Source: Octopus sinensis (lineage: Eukaryota). Taken from it: a stretch of DNA of 64,000 nt. The position numbers and the translations under genes were made by a program. How positions within the stretch are numbered: position 1 is the stretch's first letter; every line of letters starts with the position of its first letter. Below are positions 53,652 through 64,000 of this stretch, in pieces. The DNA is taken from the NCBI RefSeq assembly GCF_006345805.1, contig NC_043021.1, positions 27,280,001-27,344,000 on the forward strand. The letters run 5' to 3'. The notes beneath the pieces are model-generated. The model searched no databases. It worked only from the letters and a program-made list of their open reading frames with translations, and was not told the origin of the DNA.

Positions 53652-54050
53652 TTGTTATATTTCGCGATGGTAATTTTATTATTTTATTTTCAAATAAACA
53701 CACACACTCTATATATTCGACCTTCACTCGTTTATTACGGTTCTTATTCTAACTCGTGTCCATTGTCCGGAAATCTTTCCTTGGACATCTGTGACCTCCT
53801 CAAAGGACACTTTCCGACTTTGTGTGTGCTTTGTGTGTCACTGAGAAGGTCACAGATGTATGACGAAAGATTTCCGGACAATGGACGTAAGATCGAATAA
53901 GAACAGTAATAAACGAGTGAAGAACGAATGTATAGTGCGTGTGTTTATTTGCCCCCCAAAAAATGACCATCCCAAAATATAACAATATTTGTTTCAGCAC
54001 ATGATTTTACATCAGGAATCTTGCAACACAAATTCATAAACATGTGTGTG
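53652..54050. mobile_element. Foldback repeat (TTGTTATA family) with hammerhead-like motifs in both arms
   Basis: Imperfect whole-element foldback 53652-53985. The + motif at 53836-53880 reads CTGAGAA-G-GTCA..TGAC-GAAA-GATT-TC-cggaca. Confidence 0.65.
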
Positions 54051-54065
54051 TGTGTGTATACATAC

Positions 54066-54096
<31 letters not shown>

Positions 54097-54135
54097 CATA
54101 CATACGTATATACATACATACATACATACATAAAT

Positions 54136-54190
<55 letters not shown>

Positions 54191-55692
54191 ATCTTTACTC
54201 TTTTACTTTTTTACTTGTTTCAGTCATTTGACTGTGGCCATGCTGGAGCACCACCTTTAGTCGAGCAAATCGACCCCAGGACTTATTCTTTGTAAGCCTA
54301 GTACTTATTCTAGCGATCTCTTTTGCCGAACCGCTAAGTTACGGGGACACCAGATAGAGTACTTTTTGTTGATCCCCACCTCTCTCTCTATATATATATA
54401 TATGTACGTGTGTGTGTATGTGTGTGTGTGTGACTGTGTCTGTGTCATTGTATTCGTGCTTGACCCCACCCGCATACCAACTGACAACCGGTGTTATTTC
54501 ATTTATGGTTCCTGTAATTTAGTGTTTGAACAAATGAAACCGACAATGTTAACACCCGAATTTAAAAACAAATATGAACTGGAGCCAATTTGTTCAAGTA
54601 AGACTCTTCGAGGCGGCGCCAGCATGGTAACAAACATTCGATTGAGTGAAAGAAGTAAAAGATGAAAGAGGGCCGACACCAAATCCAAGAACAAGGTTAT
54701 TCGCAGGTTACGAATTATATATTATTCACTCTGTTCTGTGGAGCAGAAACTTGGATAATAACGAAAGTATTATTGGATAGATTAAGGGCCTTTGAGATTA
54801 AGGGCCTTTGAGATATAGAGATAGAGAAGAAAATACTTTTGTGAATATCATGGAGAGAAATCAAGGACCCATAAATAATGAAATACTACGAAGGTAGTGA
54901 AGATTCGTGGATTAGTGGGTAAAGTGTTGCACTCACGATTTTGCGATCATGGTTTCGATTCGGGGACCAGGTAGTGAGTTGTGTTTTTGCGGAAAAAAAG
55001 TTCATTTCCCGTCGCTCCAGTCCACTCAGATGTAATGAGTAGCACTGCAACGGACTGCCATCCCATTCAGGGGATGATGCTGAGATTTCGATCCCATACA
55101 CGCCTTGGAAACCGGGTAACTGGCCGTATGAGTCCTATAACTCGATGCTAGCTTTACTTCACGTTGCTAAGAATTTGAAAAACCAAGAAAATTTTAGGTG
55201 ATACCATCAGAGAAAACTAAACATATTTTGAACGCATATATCTCAAAAAAAAAAAAAAGAAAAAAAGAAGGAAAATGGTTTGCAGAAAATTTTTGAGCAG
55301 AAAGCAAAATGAAAAGGAAGAGAGGAAGAGCAAATCCCCAAATTACTCTTGCATAGATAATATCAAGATTTGGAGAGATTTCAAATATTGTGAATACATA
55401 AGACTTAAATATAGTGAACCAGGGTATTCCGCCGGCACGAAGACGGTAAACGATATCTGATGCAGATGAATATAGTAACTTGAAAAATCAATTAAATGAG
55501 ATTTTTCATAAAGTCAGCAGAGAAAAGCTCCTCGGAGGGATGATGAAAATTCGTGAAAAATGAAGATAAACGAGGAAAAGACAACCTAATCCCGAAAATA
55601 AAATTAATTAATTTTTGTAAAATATAAATGACGCAGATGGCAGTGAGACAACATGTCCGCTGTTATTGTTTTATCCCAAGTTAGCTCGGAGT

Positions 55693-56085
55693 GGAGGCGC
55701 AATGGCCCAGTGGTTAGGGCAGTGGACTCGCGATCGGAGGATCGCGGTTTCGATTCCCAGGCCGGGCGTTGTGTGGGGTTTTTTTGAGGAAAAACACCTA
55801 AAGGCTCCACGAGGCTCCGGCAGGGGGTGGTGGCGACCCCTGTTGTACTCTTTCTCCCACCCTTTCTTCCTGTTTCTTGAGTAACGCTGCGATGGACTGG
55901 CGTCCCGTCCAGCTGGTATTTCGTCTGCCTTTACATTCCGAGTTCAAATTCCGCCGAGGTCGACTTTGCCTTTCATCCTTTCCGGGTCGATAGATTAGAT
56001 ATCAGTGAAGTACTAGGGTCGATGTGATCGACTTAGCCCCCTACCCCAAAATTTCGGGTCTTGTGCCTACAGTAGAAACGATTAT
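55693..56085 (+). mobile_element. Chimeric SINE (family C head fused to family B 3' half)
   Basis: The switch occurs at about 55915, after gctgcgatggactggcgtcccgtccagctgg. Confidence 0.75.
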
Positions 56086-56970
56086 ACACACACACACACA
56101 TATATGTGTGTGTATATGTATATATATATATAATATATATATTATATATATATATATATATATCAATAAATGGTGGGGTTGTGTTGACCGCACGTGGAGA
56201 AATGATAAGTAAGGAAAATTTTTTTTAAAAATGCAGAATGCTCAAATGAAAGAAAATTTTAATAAAATGAGAAATTGATAAAATATATAAATATATATTT
56301 ATTCAACCGGTTTTCGTCATTGTATGACTTGTCAAGAATATTTATGTTTTAAAAAGTTTTTTTAGAAATTAGAAAGGGGAAAAAAAGAAAATTGCATTGT
56401 TTTTTGCAAAAGAATAATGATAAAAATGTACAAAAATTAAAAAATAAGTACTCCGATACATTGTGAGTTCGTTGTGTATCTTGAGTTTTATGCTTGTTCA
56501 CGAAAAAATTACCTTGAGGTATTAAGATCCAAAGGGATTAAGAGCATGTGTTGTGTGGTTTAATTCAGCATGTTGGCAGGACAGGAAGTAGTAGTAATTG
56601 TGGTTCTTCAGTTCCTGTGTTGTGAGTAAGGGGAGACAACTCTTTTGAGTTCTTCGATAATATGGTAAAACCCAAATTATAAAATTATCATTTTAGCTTC
56701 ATTTGCGTTATCTTTTTCATATAATTGCTTGTTAACTTAACTTTCAGATTTTAACACTTTATTTATATTATTTTCTAATTATATAAATCTGCATAGACAA
56801 TTGCATTTCAGATCGTCATATCATTTATAATAAAAATGATAGTAATAACAACAATAGTAAAAATGATATTTAAAGAATATAAGTTTTAGCTTGAAGTGAT
56901 GAATGCATGGTATCTTTATATATTTGTGTTAGTCCATCCATGAAGAGTGAGGTAGAAAAAGGAAGTTTGA

Positions 56971-57311
56971 TCAACGAGGAGTTTGCATATTAAGTTGTGT
57001 TTGGAATTTTTCAATAAAGAGATTCTCCTTGTTAATTCTCTCCTGTGTGGTGATCCCGTCTTTACATTGGTAGAAGGGGAATATATAGAATTTGGGGTTT
57101 AAGTCTTTAGCACATGAGTCTAAGTGGTCACTCAGTGGAATTTGTCGGTATTCCGGGAGATTTATTTGTTCTTTATGCACCGTTACTCGTTTACGTAACG
57201 GGAGACTCGTTTGTCCAACATAATTATGTTGGCAACCAGCGCATGTGAAAACGTAGATAAGGTTCTCGGAGGAACAGGAGAAGTTAGTCTTGATTTTAAA
57301 CTTCGTACCTT
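56971..57311 (-). pseudogene. PLE GIY-YIG endonuclease domain, open frame but 5'-truncated
   Basis: QGTKFKIKTNFSCSSENLIYVFTCAGCQHNYVGQTSLPLRKRVTVHKEQI...HLDSC...RINKENLFIEKFQTQLNMQTPR*, with IY..C..C...YVG.T, R..H and E..FI motifs. Confidence 0.9.
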
Positions 57312-57332
57312 GTTAACTTTTTAAAACATAAA

Positions 57333-57373
57333 TATTCTTGACAAGTCATACAATGACGAAAACCGGTTGAATA
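57333..57373 (+). ncRNA. Hammerhead candidate with U3-A8 core (identical copy on - strand at 56300-56340)
   Basis: TATTC-TTGACAA-GTCA(TACAA)TGAC-GAAA-ACCGG-T-T-GAATA. Confidence 0.65.
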
Positions 57374-57463
57374 AATATATATTTATATATTTTATCAATT
57401 TCTCATTTTATTAAAATTTTCTTTCATTTGAGCATTCTGCATTTTTAAAAAAATTTTTCCTTA

Positions 57464-57506
<43 letters not shown>

Positions 57507-57519
57507 CTGGAAACGACAT

Positions 57520-58191
57520 ACTGTACTGCTTGGCATTCTAGCCAGAAGCTCCAATGTGAACCTTTCAGAGTGTTTGGGTGTCAACCTGAGGACAATGCAA
57601 GCTGAGGACATGTACCTAGAGTGGAGTGATGAACACCATGGAGTTATGATGAACCTCCATTCATCATAACACGGCCTCAGACTCAACATGGAGACGTACA
57701 TCACGTGCTTGGGGGAGGTACCCTGGGTGAAGAGGGTGGATACGGGAAGACCGTGTTTGGCAACAGGACTCTGCACTATGCCGCACAGGCAGGAAAACAC
57801 AGTCATGGCTGTCAGACAATTTCTGCGACCACATCACTCCTAAATTCTGACCACCTAACACCCCAGACTGCAACCCCCTTGATTATTATGTGTGGGGCGC
57901 AGTTGAGCGAGAGACCAACAAAACTCCTTGTAACACCAAAGAAAAACTGAAGGCAAGGATTATGGCAGCATTCACCAACTTAAACAAGGAGACCGTCCAG
58001 AAGAGTTGCAGGAGATTCGGAAGTCGTCTGGAGGCCGTGGTTGAAGCCAATGGCAACTTCATTGAATAAATTTAATCTTTAGTATTTCAAGGTATTTTTT
58101 TGTAATTTTGGTAAATATATCTGTTTAAAATGAAATGTCTGTTATTTTCATTTTTGCGTTATTTAGATGACAGTTTATTCACTGCACCCTG
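57520..58191 (+). mobile_element. maT/DD37D Tc1-mariner remnant
   Basis: Frameshifted ...WQQDSA..H...SWLSDNFCDHITP..PPNTPDCNPLDYYVWG...RLEAVVEANGNFIE*. The spacing D-37aa-D was counted across the restored frame. The 3' terminus is ...actgcaccctg. Confidence 0.85.
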
Positions 58192-59869
58192 AATGTGTGT
58201 GTGTGTGTGTGTGTGTGTATATACATACACACACATACATATATACATATATATATATAATATATACATATATATAATATATATATATATATATATACAT
58301 ATATATACATATATATATGTGTGTGTGTAAACATGCAAATACGCACAAATACAGAAGTATAGTTTTCTACTCTAGGTACAAGGCCCGAAATTTCGCGAGA
58401 GGGGGCCAGTTAATTAGATCAACCCAGTACGCAACTGGTACTTAATTTATCGTTCCCGAAAGGATGAGAGGCAAAGTCGACCTCGGCGGAATTTGAACTC
58501 AGAACATAAAGACAGACAAACACATACAGAAATACTGGAAAATCAGTAGGCATACGATGATAAGATTTATCTAATAATTGTTTTCTCAGTATTTCTTAAT
58601 GTAGATCCCCAACCCGCTTTCATTGAATAGAGAAAAACAATATCCGGAGTTTAGCTGTGTTTATTATAGTAAAAGTAGCGTTGTTTTCATACGAAATGAA
58701 ATTCCTTAACCGCTCCCCGTAAACATTCAACCCTGCTCAAACGACACTCCTTAACCTCAGCACAAAGTTCTTCCTTAAAGGAAAATATGAACAAAACATT
58801 AAAAAGAAGGAACACGAACTACCCTATGAATCTTTCGAGACACTTGGTAAAAAAAAACATGAATAATTGACGACATGCTGTGAGCCTTATAGAAGACCCG
58901 AAATAAACAGATATACAAATATATCAAATTAAAATATAGTGAGGAATCGTAAGCTTGGCGGGAGTTGTAAAATAATGAGAAAAATGTAATTTGTTCAAGT
59001 CAGAAGAAGAATTTTTTTTATTATGGACACCGACGAATACGATGTACAACAAGTGATATATTTCGTGATAACATCAAATTTATCAAAATTAGGAAAGACA
59101 CCAGTGTTAAAGTAAAAATCAAACACAACAAATTAATTTGCTAGTGCCTGTTCTCAAACTGGGCCAATCCTTTAGCCCTATATTATTGTATTGCACTATT
59201 AAGACATACAATCAAAATAATTATCTTTTGCAAATCAAGACGCCAATATTAGAATTACTAAACTACATAATGCTGTGTCCTCGCTTGTCCTCCCACCAAC
59301 CGGTGGACAACTGGTGGTGGTTTATTTACTCTCCCGCAATTTAGCGATTCGGCAATATACATATAGAGTCAACAGGTGAAATCCAGAGATGATCATTAAA
59401 GAACATACGTAGCAGAGCTCAAATCGTTTGAACTTACACTCCGCAGTCTTTATCGAGGACTAAGTCCGTGCAGTAAAGAGTGACTATAAGAGTAAAAAAA
59501 ATCCAGGTGAGCTTATATGAAGATTATGATGCAGATGAACGCGATTAGGCTTTATATGTATGAAATATCGATACATATGCACATGTAAATATATGAAGTG
59601 GAGGCGCGTAGCTTAGTGGTTAAGGTGTCAGCATCATGATCGTAAGATTGTGGTTTCGATTCCTGGACCGGGCGACGCATTGTGTTCATGAGCAAAACAC
59701 TTCATTTCACGTTGCTCCAGGCCACTCAGCTGGCAAAAAGGAGTAACGCTGCGATGGACTGGCGTCCCGTCCAGCTGGGGAACACATACGCCATACAAAC
59801 CGGGAAACCGGGCCCATGATCCTGTCTAGGCTTTAAAAAAGGGTGCATTTATTTTTAAATACATAAAGG

Positions 59870-60130
59870 GATATAAACAGAGATAAAGAAAGCCTGAAAA
59901 TTTTCAAAAGATGAACACTCGTGTATATGCATATAGATATTTATATATTTACAAAATAAATGAATATGTATGGAGTACAAAAAGTACAGAAAACTCTCCT
60001 CAGGTTTCTCTATAATTTTTACTCCATATAAAATCATTTATTTTGTAAATATATAAATATCTATTTGCTTATACATGAGTGTTCATCATTTGAATAATTT
60101 CAGCTTTTGTTCATCTCTATACACATCCCT
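59870..60130. repeat. Imperfect foldback of about 260 bp
   Basis: Arms gatgaacactcgtgtatatgcatatagatatttatatatttacaaaataaatga and their reverse complement at about 60035-60085. Confidence 0.75.
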
Positions 60131-60229
60131 ATATATCCATCCATCTCTATATATCCATCCACCCCTATATATAGACCATACATCAAGCTCAAGCATGTTT
60201 ACCTGCATCACTATCTCCATATTTCTACC

Positions 60230-60278
<49 letters not shown>

Positions 60279-60306
60279 TATATATATTATATATATATGT
60301 ATAGTA

Positions 60307-60344
<38 letters not shown>

Positions 60345-60346
<2 letters not shown>

Positions 60347-60680
60347 CTCCCTTACTTGTTCAGACATTTGACTGTGGCCATGGTGGAGCACTGCCTTTGG
60401 TCGAACAAATCAACCCCACGACTTATACTTTGTACACCTAGTACTTATTTTATCGGTCTCTTTTGCCGAACCGCTAAGTTACGGGAACGTAAACACACCA
60501 CCATCAGTTGTCATGCGATGTTGGGGGGACAAACACAGACACACACACACACACACACACACACATACGACGAGCTTGTTTCAGTTTCCGTCTACCAAAT
60601 CCACTCACTTGCCCAAGGTGCCACGCAGTGGGACTGAACCCGGAACCATGTGGTTGGGAAGCAAACTACTTACCATAGAG
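60345..60680 (-). mobile_element. SINE family A with internal deletion
   Basis: Consensus match; further family A copies lie at 43420-43705, 46299-46465, 48975-49200, 54192-54350, 62220-62555 and 63500-63965. Confidence 0.85.
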
Positions 60681-60740
60681 TGACATACATAAATATTATA
60701 TATACACTCAAACACACACACACCCTCACACACATGCACA

Positions 60741-60788
<48 letters not shown>

Positions 60789-61214
60789 TAAAAAATGTTT
60801 GTCAACAACAAACCTTTGATAAACTCAGTGGCTACTACTAACTCAAGGCCACGAGAGAGAGGATGCTCTTGAAGCCAAGAATTTGAACTTACAGGGACAA
60901 TATTTATATATCGCCTGAGGAAACACAACTAGATCTCATAATGCAGGGAAACGGTTGCATAATCAAGTACTTGTACGCCTGGAGAACTACTTTACGTAGA
61001 TATAATTGTAGTGATTGAAAATAAATGTCCAACCGAACACCTTCTTGTTGACTGCAACTTTTTCCAGTTATCTATTCACACACTAAAGAAGCCCAAACAC
61101 AAACCTAGAAGTACATGTAACACTAGCACTGGATGGCAGAGGGTAAATCTGAAGGTGGACGAGATTTATACTGAACTGTATTACGTTCTTAACAGAATAT
61201 ACCATAACTTATGT

Positions 61215-61560
61215 ATTTCTTTACTACCCACAAGGGGCTAAACACAGAGGGGACAAGCAAAGACAGACAAAGGGATTAAGTCGATTACATCGACCCAGTG
61301 CGAAACTGGTACTTTATTTATCGACCCCGAGAGGATGAAAGGCAAAGTCGACCTCGGCAGAATTTGAACCCAGAACGTAGTGACAGACGAAATACCTATT
61401 TCTTTACTACCCACAAGGGGTTAAACACAGAGCGGACAAACAAGGACAGACAAACGGATTAAGGGATTTTATCGACCCCAGTGCGTAACTGGTACTTATC
61501 AGACGAAATACGGCTACGCATTTCGCCCGGCATGCTAACGATTCTCCCAGCTCGCCATGT
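61215..61560 (-). mobile_element. SINE family B with tandem partial duplication
   Basis: tatttctttactacccacaagggg occurs twice, at about 61214 and 61397. Another family B copy lies at 62755-62990. Confidence 0.85.
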
Positions 61561-62390
61561 ATGCATATAGTAGCTTCCTCTATATTGATTTCAAATATTG
61601 GCACAACACCAGCGATTTCGGGGGAGGGAGGAAGTCAATTGCTTCGACCCTAGTGCTGTACTGTTGCTTATTTTATGGACCCCGGAAGGATGAAAGGTAA
61701 AGTTCACCTCGGTGGAATTTGAAGTCAGGATTTAAAGACGAACGAAATGACACCAAGCGTTTTATCCGGCTTGCCCACCTGTAAATTTCGCCTGTACATG
61801 CTTCCGGCATTGTTTTTCTGATATCTCGCTTTTGTGTCGAATCCCTGGAATAATTAATTCCACAAGTGTAACGAAAGTGGTTGTATCTAAAACATCATTT
61901 AATACAAAACATTAATCTATTGTCATTGCATGAAGTTTGTATTTCCAGGAAGTAACGTAAAAAGAAAAAAAAAAAAACCCAGTAAATATTCATGAGGGGA
62001 ATAAATAAAGTTTTCGCGAATTCATGAATTTCTATATTTTATGTATTAAAATAAATATAAATATTCATGAGAATAGGAAATAAATTTTCTTTAACCTGCG
62101 CCAAAGAAGCTCATTGTGGTCACTGCATATTGATTTCTACTTAGAAAATAAACGACACCAACACTAAATCGTATTTATTATTTGTTGGTAGAAATGTTTT
62201 TATTTTGTGAATTCGCTATTACTCTTTTATTTGTTTCAGTCATTTGAGTGCGGCCATGCTGGAGCACCGCCTTTAGTCGAGCAAATCGACCCCGGGACTT
62301 ATTCTTTGTAAGCCTAGTACTTATTCTATCGGTCTCTCTTGCTGAACCGCTAAGTGACGGGGACGTAAACACACCAGCATCGGTTGGGAC

Positions 62391-62426
<36 letters not shown>

Positions 62427-64000
62427 CGGGCTTCTTTCAGTTTCCGTCTACCAAATCCCCTCACAAGGCTTTGGTCGGCCCGAGGCTATAGTAGACGACA
62501 CTTGCCCAAGAACCATATGGTTGGTAACCAAGCTACTTACCACGCAGCCATACTCTTCCAGTTGTTATATGTCATAACTTGTTGCTTGAACAAGTCTCTC
62601 GACTGAGAATTGCAGCTGCTGGTCGTACTAGAGCTGACAGTTCACACTGTTCTGGAAGCTTGCCAGGCAGAGACTTTGCGTTTATTTTCAAAGTGGATCA
62701 ATGCTTGGTTGTATATGGTGGAAGTAAACTCTGGGCTTGACAACTGAAAAAACTCTTATTTCTTTATTGCCTACAAGGGGCTAAACATAGAGGGGAGAAA
62801 CAAGGACAGACAAACGGATTAAGTCGATTATATCGACTCCAGTGCGTAACTGTTACTTATTTAATCGACCCCAAAAGGATGAAAGGTAAAGTCGACCTCG
62901 GCGGAATTTGAACTCACAACGTAGCGGCAGACGAAATAGCGCTAAGCATTTCGCCCGGCGTGCTAACGATTCTGCCAGCTCATCGCCTCTAGCTAGCTAT
63001 ATGAGGTCAGCCGCTTCCCCTTACTGCAGTATGTCACCTGTCGTGCTGTCCGGATGTTTATACCAGAATTACTCAGACTTAAATGGTAAAGGCATCCACT
63101 GTTGCTCCTCGGGAGCACATTTTCCAAAATTGGCGCCGTTTAAACAATTTTCTTTTCATTTGTGCGATAAAAGTGGAATCTTTTTTGTTTTCCGCTAATC
63201 GCTTGGCCTTCGAAGAACCTTCTGCAGTCATAACTTAATTTGACCAGCCTCCCATGTTTTTGAACTATCTGCTCAATCTGCTGTGTTGTGTTGGTGGCTG
63301 TCGACACCAGAAGAAGCAGAACAAACGCTGACGTCATAAGCTTTCGACACTTGGTTCGATCACGTGGACGTTCATCTTTATCCGTCACACCTCGCCCAGT
63401 CGCTGCTCAGCCACAGACGTAAAAGGACGTTGGGGCTGGATCGCGAAATTCATGAATGCCGAACGCAATCACGTATGTTCCTTCCTTCCTTCCTTCCTTC
63501 CTGGTTTCAGTCATTTGTCTGCGGCCATGCTGGAGCACCGACTTAAGGGGTCTTATTCGAGCAAATCGAACCCCAGGACTTATTCTTTGTAAGCCTAGTA
63601 CTTATTCTATCGATTACTTTTGTCGAACTGCTCAGTTAAAGGGACGTAAACATACCAACATCGGTTGTCAGGTGATAGTGGAGGACAACACAGACACAAA
63701 GACACACACACACATAAATATATACATCCATACTTACACACACACGCACACACAAACACACGCACACGCACACGCACGCACACACACACGTATATATATA
63801 TATGCATGTGTATACGATGGACTTCTTTCAGTTTCCATCTTTCAAATCCACTCACAAAGCTTTGGTCGGCGTGAGGCCATAGTAGAAGACACTTGCTCAA
63901 GTTGTCACGCAGTGGGACTGAACCGGAATCATTCTGATTGGGAAGGAAGCTTCTTACCGCACGTAACTAATGAAATATTTCGCACAATATCAGAGGTTCA

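Larger units (their letters stand above)
56205..57468 (-). mobile_element. 5'-truncated Penelope-like element with inverted terminal fragment
   Basis: 154-bp inverted arms at 56205-56358 and 57315-57468; GIY-YIG coding region on the minus strand. Confidence 0.92.

Overview
This is eukaryotic, AT-rich, microsatellite-dense DNA. The SINE and LINE families look like those of octopus or another cephalopod (inference from recognised repeat families). Positions 1-37.4 kb hold the last five recognisable coding exons (+ strand) of a kanadaptin/SLC4A1AP orthologue: 1332-1461, 2003-2279, 22584-22648, 34576-34639 and 37398-37447. All splice phases join in frame and the protein ends ...VWLPPSDQTGDGRTSLNEKYGY*. 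The introns and the downstream 26 kb are filled with tRNA-derived SINEs of at least three families, two 5'-truncated RTE LINEs (one nearly intact), CR1 and R4/Dong-like fragments, mariner/Tc1/maT, hAT, piggyBac-MITE and Helitron remnants. The main result of the hunt is a dense set (about 15 motifs) of minimal hammerhead-ribozyme-like sequences, found by eye. They belong to several unrelated Penelope-like element (PLE) terminal-repeat families and mostly sit in outward-facing inverted repeats. One of these repeats is a 1.07-kb near-perfect palindrome inside a kanadaptin intron. Several hammerheads have non-canonical cores: U3-A8 in place of C3-G8 in two families, and a U.U pair at 10.1-11.1 in three families. 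No tRNA, rRNA or CRISPR array was supported. Repeat boundaries are hand-read and approximate, and ribozyme activity is untested.
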